Positions 1 to 12,268 of a stretch of 64,000 nt of DNA are shown here, one piece after another. Origin of the DNA: Perna viridis (lineage: Eukaryota); NCBI GenBank assembly GCA_037379345.1, contig CM074519.1, forward strand, positions 40,344,851 through 40,408,850. Direction: 5' to 3'. Position 1 is the first letter of the stretch. The number at the start of each line of letters is the position of its first letter. Position numbers and translations under genes: made by a program. The notes below the pieces were generated by a model, which saw only the letters and a list, made by a program, of their open reading frames with translations, did no database searches and had not been told where the DNA came from.

Positions 1-139
1 ATGTTTTGTTTCACTTTATGATATTTGCAGTTGTAACAAACAGCGTTGAAAGAACGGGATAAAACTTGTTTTAATTTTTTTTAATTGTTTCAAAACCAAA
101 TGCGTATATAAGTATTTTGTTTAATTATAATATTATAGG

Positions 140-703
140 GTTACTGCATGAATAATGGTGAGCTTCCGAGTGCAATATTATATTCTGCGAGGGACAATAC
201 TCACCAGTATTCATGCAATAACTCTTTTATTATATAGTAATAAATATTTCAGTAAACATTATGCTAATTTATTGGATATAATGCATTTGACAACGTTGTA
301 AGTGTTTTATTGCGCTAGTTCAAATATGATGCATAATAAATATATGGAATAGTGCAAGATAAATTTATGAATGTTTGATAAATTGTAGTAAAATTGACAG
401 GAATGAATTTGTTGTTTCTATTATTTGAAAGGAAAATGGAATCACCATAACTGTCACCAAACACGGAAATATGTAGACCCATATAAAGAGGTCATTGTCA
501 TTTTTATAACAACCTGTCAATCTTCCGTTCAGCCATATATTTTTTAGCAGACGACAACAGTGCAATAAATTTAAAAACATATTCGAACGTCTCCGAATTT
601 TTCCGGATACGAATGAAAGTTAGCGTGCAAATACCGGGATATGTTGCATGCTGCGTTTTCTATTGATTTTAATAGACAAAATATTTATTACTATATAATA
701 AAA
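140..703. mobile_element. Non-autonomous fold-back element (perfect 25-bp inverted repeats plus adjacent hairpin), family uncertain
   Basis: TTTTATTATATAGTAATAAATATTT (225-249) is the exact reverse complement of 679-703. An imperfect hairpin GTTACTGCATGAATAATGGTGAG...CTCACCAGTATTCATGCAATAAC lies at ~140-222. No coding capacity. Confidence 0.55.
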
Positions 704-729
704 TTGATGTTTTGTATCTTATAAAACAG

Positions 730-3607
730 TGTGCATGATGCTAAGTATTCTGTCTGCTATCTTTATGGCACCAACCCTGGTCGTTTTAGAGTTTGCAATC
801 GTAAGTTCTGCATAACATAACTATAAAAAGGGGCAATATTTGCAAACAAGACTTATCTTTTGTTTTAGTGCTGTGTTAATATTAAAGTAATCAAATGTCG
901 CACCGCTGATGTCCAATTTTAACGATCAAATAAGGCAAAATTACATTTTCATCTCCAGAAAAGATCCAAAACTCCTTTTTATCGAATTTTCTATTTTGTC
1001 TGTTCTTTATCATTAAGTAATCTTAAAATGTCGTCAATAATATATGTATATGAAATAAGCAGATTTTAAACGTGTTATTCGTAAATGTCATGGTCATGAG
1101 TTTAGTATACTGTCAAGGAAACTACCATGAACTTAAGATGATCTTTTTTCATAATTAGGTCATGTTTTTATTATAAAATGCAAACGTCGACTATGTTTGT
1201 GAATATAAGATTAAAGTCTTTGAAATAGCGTACACACAAGCATATGAGTTTAAGGATGTCAATCGTGGAATTGATACACGAAATAAGCCACGTTTTCAAA
1301 AGAAATCTAGAGTTACAATAATGATCATATTAGGACAAAATTAATTAAATTAAATTAATCAATTAAAAATAATATAAAATTTGTTATATCAGAACAACAG
1401 TTATGTTTAATTTAAATGTGTCTTTTATCGTAGATAATTGTGATGAAAAAGGAAAGCATCCAACATACCATTTTGATAATAAGTGCTTCATTTGAACTAT
1501 TGGTTGCTATCATATCAGCATCAATATGCTGTTGTTGTTCATCGTTAGATGATACAAGAGTCTATGTAAGCACCTTTCTGAAATGGTTAGATTTCTACGA
1601 GCGCAATATATTTAAAAAGCAATTTATCGAAAGCAGTTGGTAAAATAAGTTCAATTTAAAGAACATAGTTTCATCTGCTACATACTTAATGTATCATAAA
1701 GTGGCAAATTGTAATAAACACTTTTTAGGGCTAACCGGATTAAAGGCTTCCAATGCACACGACACAAAAATAGGTCGAGTTGTTCTTTTAAGTATGGTAT
1801 AATATTTTATATACACAGGAAAAGTATCGTAAGCTATTCTTCCTGTTTTAACTTGCTATTTTTGTTGGGACTCCGAGTGGGGATATGGACCAGCTAGCCC
1901 TACATATGGTGTTTATATTTCTCTATTGTTAAGGTACACAGGCAAATTTTTTTCACTTGAAATTCATGTAAATCGAGCGTCATCTGAAATTCATCTGAAC
2001 TTCACATGAAATTAACATGATTTTTCACAAAAAAATGAACTTGACACGACTTTCATGTGAACAATTCACGTGAATTTCACATGAAAGCTTGATTCACCAG
2101 AATTTCACATGAACTCTATCACAAAGTTTAGTCAGGTGAAAATCAAGTGAAATTTGTCTGAAAATCATGTGAAATAATTTTGCCTGTGTATATCAGAGAT
2201 ACTAGCGACTTTTCTGTCTTTTGCAAATATTGTCCAAGAGATAGGCTTTTAGGCCAGGGTTATGAGAAAATACGTCTCAAACGCTGCCTATAAAAGTTTT
2301 ATTTCCGATATCTATATCTAATTGAAAAATATTCTGGTTCTGACCAACAGATAAAAGATGATGGATTTTTATTATGTCCTCAACTTAATTTCTGTAGTTT
2401 TTACTCGTACATTATCACAATTTCTTGAAGTACCTTCCACGCAAAGTTCAAGACTTTTTGGCTAAGATAAACATCAGGTTTATTGTATTTTACTAATATA
2501 TTGTTCAAACCTTTTGTAGTGTTTTGACTACTGATTTTATTGATTTTGATGGATGGCAATTTGATCCTGCCCATTTGAGTCGAAATATACCGGACATAAT
2601 GAACCACAATAGAAGCGGGAGGTTTAACGCGTTAAAGTACCTGATTTAAGCCACCTTTCATTTTGAAATACCTAAATCTAGTACGGATCATTGCGGTGGG
2701 TTTCCACCTTTTCGGATTTTGTCGTAATATTGTCATTTGTTATACGGACTATCTTTTTAAAATATTCATTTTAACAGCTGCCTAGATTTATCAGTTCGGA
2801 AATTTTGTTATCACCCTTAATTTATCCAAATCAACAATTATTTCATGCTTATTTTATTTCCACTTTTTGTCTACTTCTAATTTGAATGTATGAGAAAAAA
2901 ACAGGGTTTTTTTTGTTTGTTTGCTTGTTTGTCTTGGTTTTTTTTCTGCCCGTTTTTTTCTAATGACACAAAATTTATGAAACATATATTTTTCAGTCAT
3001 TGAAAATATTTAAATACTGTAGAAGAACAATTGTTCGTGCACTGCCAATTTTTGTATTGTTTATGATTTAATCAAACCACAAAACCAATGTACGTTTCCG
3101 ACCAAAAGTAAAAAATTGTGTTTAAAACGTAGAGGCTTTCGTATAATCCATGAGTTCAAAGCTGTGAATGAACGAAATTTCGACAAATCAAGAATATATT
3201 TTACTTTACAGTAGATATACCTATTGTATTTCAGTAGTGACGGAGCATGTTATCTTACTACAGTTGGTCAAGATCCACCTCAATACTCAGAAATTCAACA
3301 AGAGATGCTGGCCAACAACTACGAAACTTTAAATGGAATTGGCCCCCAGCAGCTTTATGATCATCTGCAGAATACATATCTTGAATTAGGTACCAAAACT
3401 TCTATCGACACTTATGACCAGTTACAAAACGCCAATGGCAAAGAAATCGGTCAGAAGGATAGAGAGCTGTCGGTAGAAAATAAAGCTACCGAACCAATAC
3501 AGATCGTTGCTGTAGCAATTACTACAGGAAAGTTTGAATGCGACATAGGTGAATTAGAGAATTGGAAATCGACTTCCGTTCAAAATAAATGTGCATTAAT
3601 TAAATAA
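730..3607 (+). CDS. MS4A/CD20-like tetraspan membrane protein, 3' exons only (exon junctions partly uncertain)
   Basis: Hydrophobic exon ~730-800 (VCMMLSILSAIFMAPTLVVLEFAI, donor GTAAGT at 801). Exon 1434-1565 after TAG acceptor (IIVMKKESIQHTILIISASFELLVAIISASICCCCSSLDDTRVY, donor GTAAGC); E-x(5)-S-x-S-x-CCCC ending TM4 resembles MS4A-like proteins. Terminal exon ~3215/3235-3607 encodes a hydrophilic tail with PPQY and five Yxx(L/I) motifs. The first acceptor and the phase of the last junction are ambiguous. Confidence 0.55.
1840..2360 (+). mobile_element. Decayed Penelope-like RT 3' fragment, interrupted by a MITE
   Basis: Degenerate translation resembles P-x-Y-G-V-Y-I-S-x-L-x-R-Y and R-L-L-G-Q-G-Y-x-K-x-R-L-K of the better copies at 26 kb and 54 kb. 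Confidence 0.5.
1937..2188. mobile_element. MITE with TIRs and TA target-site duplication (Tc1/mariner-type)
   Basis: TA|CACAGGCAAA...TTTGCCTGTG|TA, with an interior of repeated TTCACATGAA/TTCATGTGAA. Removing the element plus one TA restores AGG TAT ATC AGA (RYIR) of the host RT. Confidence 0.8.
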
Positions 3608-4039
3608 CATTATTATATCTAAAATTTAATGATGGTTTAAATATACAACACTGTCTCAACATCTACATACTTTTTTCTAAATTTGAAGGAGTAATCAAGG
3701 AAACCAACGTTATAGTGAAGTGTTGTCATTTATTTATGCTAAAGTTCAACATTTTTGTAGTTGAGTTATCTTTATTACAAACTTTTTGAAAAAAGCATTT
3801 ATTTCATATAAAGACTCTCATATAACATATTTTTTTTCAATCCGAAATTTTTGTGGATTTATAAGAAAAGTTTTAATTTTATCCCCTTTTACAGGCAATG
3901 TACAAACATCTCCAGTAAACATGTCACAGTTGCATTTCGATATTTTTGCCGATACTTAGTGGCATGAATTTGTATATTTGTATATTGATTGTTCGATGAT
4001 ATTGTCGATTGAGTTTGTGCTTAAGCCAGTGTTTCTTTT

Positions 4040-4680
4040 ATTTCAAATATAAACTGACCTTCCATCGTACAAAATCGTTACGCGGTTTTAATGGCTGGTA
4101 ATGTGAAGATGGTAGTGTTAAGCTTGCTTACCCATCCTGGCACCTCATGTCACTTTTTCATGTATTGGTCAAGCCGTTGGTGTCTGATTACTCTGAATCT
4201 ACTCTCTCTTTTGATAATTCGGCATTTTCTCGATGTTTATTACCTACACTATAAGGTAGAACTTGCCAAAACTACACGGACTTTTTTGTACCCTGCAGGA
4301 CTTCTCATAATCAGGCTCCTGGAACATGGTTAGGTTGTTACAAGATTAAAGGAGTCACTACTACAATATTTTAAACGTCGACACCTTTAGGATCGTTAAT
4401 AAATATCCTTCTCACCATGATAATTATTGATTTGCTCATTGCGTTGTAGCTATCCTTACCTCTTTCATCTCTCCTTGACGTAATATGTTTAATAACCAAC
4501 TCGATAAGTACTCCTAGAAAAGCATTGGATGCTTACCCTACCGGATGACCTGGTCTATGATCCCAGGTTTTTTTGTTGCATCTGCATCGCTCGTATTCTT
4601 TTGTTTTCTTTGTACGTGCTATTTTGGCTATTACATGTTTGTTGTTGTTTGTGTCAGCTGTCCTGTCTAAAATTATTTTT
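4040..4680 (+). mobile_element. Decayed Penelope-like retroelement 3' part
   Basis: Contains AGGCTCCTGGAACATGGTTAGGTTGTTACAAGATT and CTAGAAAAGCATTGGATGCTTACCCTACCGG, matching the 3' region of the copies at 10.4, 26.6 and 54.4 kb. Confidence 0.6.
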
Positions 4681-5601
4681 AGTTCCGTTCGATTCCTGGT
4701 ATAGATAAGTTCAGTTTTATATCATATGTTGGTGAAAGCAGTATATGCTAAATCGTTATGTCTGTTGTAAATATAAATTTGAGGAATTTCATTGATATAT
4801 TTATATTAAAAATGAAATTGGTATTTAGTTAAATAGAACGGTGTAATTTTCATAGAGAATAGGACTTTAATTAAGGAATTTGAAAATAAGAAACAGCTAA
4901 TGGGGATTTCGTTAGTACGATAAGAAATGAAGTTTTTGGGTAATAGAAAGATGATTTATTGGAAGTTTACATCAGTCCAGAGCTAAAAACCTTTATACAA
5001 ATATATAAGACTTTAAAACCCAATGGGGAAGCCGAAGTGCGATGGTCACTGACATGCGCGGATAATATAATGCTTACGCGCGGATCTACACCAGACTGCT
5101 AGGGTATTTTAAGAGTAGTAGTGCGTTTGATATGCATTCGGTGTATTCATGAAATTGTACCACATGTTTATATTCTGTACATACACTACTTACGTATATA
5201 TTTTTGATGTTTTTTTTTCTGTGGAATACAGTCACTAGTAAAGGAAGTTTAACAAAAACAAAAGAAATAGTAAACTCGAAGATGAAAAAGTGTCTGAAAA
5301 CTAGGAGAATGTACATTTACAAATACTGTATGAACAATGAATCATCCAGATTTATAACCGCTTAGACTCCAATTTTTCCATGTACATTTGATAGTTGGCG
5401 CCCGTGATTGTTCAATTGATATTTCGCTTCCATGACAGTACATGTGTTATTTGGCCCCATGATTGTACATGTGATAGTTGGCTGCCGTGATTATACATGT
5501 AAATGTACAAGTTCAGAGATCTTTGAATTCCTTCTCGCTGCAAACATATTTACTGAACTGAATAACAGATGTTGTGACATTTATAACTGGATCGAGTTTA
5601 G

Positions 5602-5760
5602 AAAAGAGTAATCAAGGGAACCAAGGTTATAGCGGTAATCAAAAGAATGCAATCCAGGGTCAACGATCAGACATGAAAAATAGACATACACAACAAGAAC
5701 ACAAAGTAACTAAAATCATACACACAAAGCAACAAAAAGGAACACTGGTAAAAAGCTAAG
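5602..5760 (-). mobile_element. Penelope-like element 3' tail fragment
   Basis: AAGAGTAATCAAGGGAACCAAGGTTATAGCGG... is the reverse complement of the shared family terminus ATAACCTTGGTTCCCTTGATTACTCT. Confidence 0.7.
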
Positions 5761-8353
5761 GTAATCTGAGAGTTCAAACAGATTTTTTTGGTAGCTATAC
5801 ATGAAGGAGATACAAAGATTTGCCAGACCTTTAATTTTCTGTTTAAAACTTAAAGTTTGAGTCAACAATGACACCTAATGATTGAGTTTAATTATGGTTT
5901 ACTGAAATATTTTAGTGTGGATGCAAAACGTGTGCCTTCTTAAATATAGATGAAGTTTGGGGTTTATTCTCTTGTTTCCAATGGACAAAATGATCGCCTG
6001 ATGAAAAACTTTCGTAGTGAATGCCTATAATTTTGCAAAAATATCATGACTGTCACAACATAATATTTCAGAAAAGGTTGTAATTGAGTAGTATGGAGAA
6101 AATCTTGGATCTGAACGTTTGCTTTATTCGTGTTTAAATTTGAGGTAACACAAAAATAATCTTGAAAATCCACTGAAACGAAAAATTATCAGCCAAAAAG
6201 TTGGATTATCTGTGATTAAAAAACTTATTAGATCCACCTTAATATTTATTACAAACCTACCCCGAAGCAGAAAAATAATTGAAGTTGCTGCATGGATCTA
6301 AGTCAATGATCTTGTCTTTCGAATACTAATCAGTTTTGTCTGTCTGTCGAATTTCAATCATACAACAGGTTCGTTGTTGTAAAACAATTCTAACATTACC
6401 AACAACAGGTATAATACCAAGTTTTTTATTTGTCAATGTCAATATAAACCCATGTGCAAATAACAACTTCTACTATATATGAAAAACAATGTCGAAACGT
6501 CAATAACGGGACATTTCTGATTAATCAAAATTTAAGTACATTGTACATAGCCTTAAACGTGAAAACAGGAAACAGGGTCAATTTATGTATACAATGTAAA
6601 CCAAATAAAATATATTACTAATTGAAAATCTGGAGAGAAGGAAAACAAGACGTGAGTTGTTTGAATGTATTAAATCAACTCATGCAAATTCATTGTGCAG
6701 GTAATTCATTCTATTTCGATTATGATAGCATAAAAGAAATGCTCAAAGCATGCAAATATTTTGTCATTAGTTTTGTTAAATAAAACATTTTCTATTATTG
6801 TTAAAACATATCATCCACAATACATATTTTTATTAAAGGAGATATTATACTTTGGAGGTGTATAAAACGGAATCGAAAATGCAATGTGCTATGAAATGAT
6901 AATTTTATTGTAGAAAAAAATTAAATTACTCAACAGTTAAGGTTATGAATATATATATGCTAAATTTCCTCTTTAAAGAACGAAAGAATATACCTGTTGA
7001 ACATCTGTCCTATGATCTAAAAACCGACTGCTTAGCAGTTTTTTCCTTTGATTCTGACCAATAAATTTAAGAATATCAGTTCTAGGAATCGTCATCCATG
7101 CTTTATCCTGTTTTATGAAACAATTTCTACACTTTTAAGACTTTCACATTTAACTCATTTTATAGCATTCTAAGATCACGGGCAATTGTTTTTTAAACAT
7201 TTTAAAACGTCATATAACATGAAATATTAACAATTGTAAACGAAACGACTTTTAAATAGTTTATTAACATTTAAAACTTCAGAAGCAGACAGGGGGTTCA
7301 TGCACATCAAAACCAATAAAATACAATTACATATAAAAAACCAGTCTCAGTTTTAAATACGCTTGTTTAAGCTTGGAGATAAAAATTACGCAGAACACGT
7401 AAGAAATTTGTAAATTTCAAGAGTTATTGTTCTTTCCTTGGCTGATTTAAGTTGTTGATGTAAGTATAGTTCTCTCCAAAATACAGATCTGCATACAAAG
7501 AGATTATAGTTACGTAAAATATGGTTGATTCATATATGATTTGTTTGTAGGAATTTCTGCGTCATTAATAACCTCTATAAGAAACAGTGTTTGATTTTGT
7601 CTGATTTTTTGTGAATAAGCACTGAAGCAGAACAGAATTCATACAGTCGCAAGCAAATGATCTCACAAACATGAACTGCGACACCAAGAAGATCATCTTG
7701 CACGATAGTTATATTTATAAAATACTAGGACTTGATATAGACAACTGTTGGACCTGGTTCAAATTATTATAAGTGTCGGCAAAAAAAATGTAAGTAGATT
7801 GACTTTTCTTTCCTTTCAAATACGAACTGCGTAATAAAGATTAAATATGATTTTATAATTTGCAAATTCATTCAGGTCGACCTAATCAAGTAAATTTACA
7901 ACGCATCACAGAACCATTGAAGATACGCTTTTCCACTGCAATGGTATTCTAAATAAGCTAAAAATTTATGTAGTATAAGAATAGTCTTATATGTCAATTG
8001 TTCCACAGTCATCAAATAAAAATAAATAAACTAAATGATGTATTCATTTTGAATTGGATCCGTTGATTTTTTTTTATACAAACTTGTGCCTGAAGTGCTT
8101 AACGAGGCGAAAATTGTCCAAAATTAGGGTATTTTGCATAACTTGGTAAACAATTAAAAGCAATCCTCACAAATAAGAAAACTCAGACCTTCGATATCAG
8201 CAGACCATTTTCCATCCTTCCTAAAATAAATTACGCAGTATTAAAAACTTACCCTTGATCTAACAACGTAGTATTGTAATTCGGCGCAGAAGGTTATCCT
8301 AATTTTACTTCGCTACAACAAAGTGGGTTTAGTGTATAACTTATAATAGTAAA

Positions 8354-10192
8354 ATGGTCGTACATGTATCTGCAGCACTGTTACTAAGCTGTTACGCTAG
8401 TATTGTTTTAGCATCAGGTATGTTTAAGAAATAATTCGTGAAGGGGGTAGATTTTTACTCATTTTAACATGCGTACGGCATTTGTATTAGATTATGTAAC
8501 ACCGAGCGAAAGAAAAGATACAGCGCGCAGATGATAAAGGCGGGGTTGTACTGGCATATACTGTTTGACGATATGAGAACGTCATATTAGAATATATAAC
8601 TTATGTCTTTCAATATGTACATTTACTGTTTCGTGCTTAGTTAATTTCTATAAACAAAACAACCTAATTCGCATTCAGGCCATCCTTGTAAATTTATAAG
8701 TTTATTAAAACAGAAAAAAAACTTTTTACCATATCTATTGCACATTTGCTATTGGATTATTTTGATAAAAGACAAAAGAAAGTATACCATATTAAGATTT
8801 TTCCCGAGTCAAGTTCTAAGACACACATATACACACATTAGAATGTCAATATACTATTTCAAATGTTATGAACTGAAATGGTTTATGAATTTTTATACTT
8901 TGCATACTTCATAATACTTTCTCAAAAATGTGTGAACATAAATCATTGGGAGGACTTTATCAGGATGTCAAGGGAGACATTAACATATATTTTGCTGTAA
9001 ATTTTTCATTTTTTTTTTTTTTTTCGCTTTTTACTGTGCATTTTTTTTAAAGAAATCCGAAATCGCATACAAATATGTACCCTGAAAACCTTATTTTAAA
9101 TATTTTGGGTGAAAAAAAGCTATATTAGCCATTACAATCTCAAACAATATTGAAAGACAATTCTGTTTCAATTTCATTTTAGGTTTAAAAAAAACATTTA
9201 TGTAGATAAAATATATTAAAGATTGAAAAATGAATTTCTTTAAAAACATGAAGTCTATCAAAAAGTATATAAAATGCTCCAAATATTCTTAAATATATTC
9301 AACCATTTTCATAGTTTTTACATTAAGAACCTTTGTTGAATTAATTGAGGTCCCCAGGTGTGAATCGCAAAGAATTGCTTCATTGTTGTGAATGACTTCT
9401 TTTTGACTCCGCCTTAACAAAACGTTTAAAGGGCGCATTATTGTAGCTAAACTTTCAGCGGATTTGACCCACTTCCAATGTGACGGCTGACAATTGCGGA
9501 ACAAGACATGATTACCCTTCCTGAGCATCTGATGTCACATCCAGATATTTTTAGAAGTGGATGTTGTTTTTGCTTTAGTTTTTAAGTGATGTATTATTTT
9601 CCTTTTAATAGATTTAATTATAATTGCAAATGTATTTTATTATGTTCGCTACATTATATGTATAGTTAGTCTCTGTTTCCTGCTTTTATGTTTAGGTCTT
9701 GAATTTTGATTTCAATGTATCTGAGTCGTCCTTTGTTTAGGCTTTAGAATTTTTGGCCGATAGCAAGAAGAATTTGTTTCTTGCACATTTTCAGGAAGTT
9801 ACAGTTCTGGTCAATGTGGAGTACAGGGAAAATGGATAAACGACCTGGGATCCAACATGACCTTGACCTGTCAGCCTGATTCCTCTTCATCCGACGTCGG
9901 TAGCCTCGACGGCAGATACAACACGGCTGTTGGTAGGGCTGATGGCTACTACAAACTCTCTGGGAGGTACGCAAGATCAGGCAACGGGTTAAAGAACTGC
10001 CTTGTCGGATTTACCGTTACCTATAATAATAATGTCTATGGCAATTCTAATTCTACTGCCAGTTTTACGGGCAGTTATTTTGCTGTTGACGATACTATTT
10101 ACACACAATGGGTACTAGTGCGCCACACCAAACAAGAGAATATGTGGCTAAACAGTTTGCTTGGACATAACGTTTTTAATAGAGCGAAATAA
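8354..10192 (+). CDS. Secreted avidin/streptavidin-family protein (avidin-like 1, intact, 153 aa)
   Basis: Exon 1 8354-8417 encodes signal peptide MVVHVSAALLLSCYASIVLAS + G (GT donor, phase 1). Exon 2 9795-10192 follows TTTTCAG: GSYSSGQCGVQGKWINDLGSNMTLTCQ...GRYNTAVG...GFTVTY...STASFTG...TQWVL...NMWLNSLLGHNVFNRAK*. Matches avidin motifs CxxxGKWxNDLGSNM, GFTV, FTG, WxL and W...GxNxFxR. Confidence 0.92.
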
Positions 10193-10433
10193 AAAGATAT
10201 CAGATTGTTTGTTTGTTTGTTGTATGTTTGTTTGTTTTTTTTTTGTTTTTTTTTGGGGGGGGGGGGGTTGCGCCTTTTTTTCCTTCGTTCTCGTTTTTTA
10301 TATCCATTTATTAATGATACATAATTTGCTTAGCTCTGGTCTTCATATTCGACAGTGTGCAGAATGATAAACCGAAAAGTTTTGTGGATGAAATGAATTT
10401 TTTCAATACCGCAGGTGACATAATTTATTAATT

Positions 10434-10960
10434 GATAATTTTCATTCAGTATTGTCAACTTTCCTTTCATCTGTGGCAATATTCTTTTAGAACCTACGTA
10501 TGGTGTTTTTTATCACAACTAATACGCTATGCCAGAGCTTGTCCTTACTATACAGACTTATTGTATCGAGCTAGACTTCTTACAGTTAGGCTTCTGGAAT
10601 AGGGTTATGTTGCTACAAGATTGAAGGTATCACTACAGAAGTTTTATGGTCGTTATCATGAACTCGTCGATCGTTACGGTGTATCCGTCTGCACCATGAA
10701 AACGGATTTGTTAAACGTGCCATAGTTTTCCTTTCTCTTTCATCTATCCCGGACTTGACTTTACTGAGCAAGTCGTCGGCATTCCTAGAAAAGCATAGGA
10801 AGCTTACCCTACCGAGTTGCTCATTTACTTTTGTTACTTTGTATGTATTATTTTAGTTACTTCTTGTTCTTTGTTGTGTTTGTATGCTTTCCATATCTGA
10901 TCTCTGTCCCTGGATTACATTCTTTTGATTTCCGCTATAACCTTGGTTCCCTTGATTACT
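10434..10960 (+). mobile_element. Penelope-like (Naiad-type) retroelement 3' fragment
   Basis: Translates to IVNFPFICGNI...YGVF-SQLIRYARACPYYTD...KFYGRYHELVDRYGVSVCTMKTDL, then the family 3' tail ending GGTTCCCTTGATTACT. Confidence 0.85.
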
Positions 10961-12268
10961 AGTTGTATGCTACATACTGAATTGCTCTTAGCATCGGCAA
11001 GTTTATCTTTGTCATAATCCGTTTTTGCAGGTATGTAAAGTCTTAATTCGTCAATAATGTTCACGTAAAAAAATGGTACATTGCTAAACATATCACATTC
11101 TGATATGGTAGAGATACATTACATGCATTCATAATGCAGTACTTAAAACATTTTGATGACTTTTAATATGTTTTATGCGTTACATTTGTTGCTGGTAATA
11201 TTTTTGTGTTCTTGCTTTTGTTTTCATTTGTTTAAATGAATTTTTTTGAGTTAAGCTGTATAACGAGAATGGATATGTTGGACATATCAAAGAGACAACA
11301 ACCTTACCGAAATGAAAAATGTCAGCCCAAGGCCACCAATTGGCCTTCAATGAGCGACAATGAAACCGACGCACTACCTAAAAATCGGTTTAAAAAGGTC
11401 TGATTCCGCTCATAAAACAGAAATAAAGAAACTGATTATACGGTACGCAAATGAACAAAGGACGGATTACTAGTGCTTAACTGACATATCAGCTCCAGAT
11501 CAGTTTAAAAGTACAAAAAGTTATATCCTCATTGTATGTAACCTTCTTACGGAAATACACACACGTTAATGCTTTTAAAAATGTACATCGCATGAAACAT
11601 AAAACATTTTATAATTTATGTTTGATATGAGTTATATTATATTTTGTATCACAGACTTTTTACCGTTTGATTTTTGAAAAAAAGAGAAAAACTGCAACAA
11701 TGTTTTCATTGGCTTCACTTTCATGTCAATTATACAAATACATGAATGATTAATTACATTACTATATGACATGTGTGCAGTTCAAAACAGTACCAAAATT
11801 ATAATACTTCAGAGAAGATTTTAAAAAGCTAAAGGGTGTTCTTGGATAAGTAAATACAATTAGAATTGAAATCTCGAGATACTTTGTCATCAGACGTATT
11901 CTAAAATACGCCTTATCTGCTCATTTCCAAAGTATACTATTGGAACAATCACATAATATTTTTAGTACTCAAGTCGTCTAGTCGATTGCTAAATTGATTA
12001 CTGTTTATCAATTTTGACTCTTGTGTGCATAGCACAATCTTACACTGGAACTCATACATGTATGACAAAACTATTGAGGTAGGAGGTCTAGCTAGCCCTA
12101 AAGCTTAGTTTAACCGATCATTTCAATAGAAGAAGCATGTCAGGTTTTACTTTCAAATTCTGATTGCTTCTACTACACTTTTAATATACTTTTAAATAAT
12201 TCTGACTGTAAAATATGTTGATAACCAAGATATATTTTAAAATTTATTCAAATCAAAGATCATGCATG

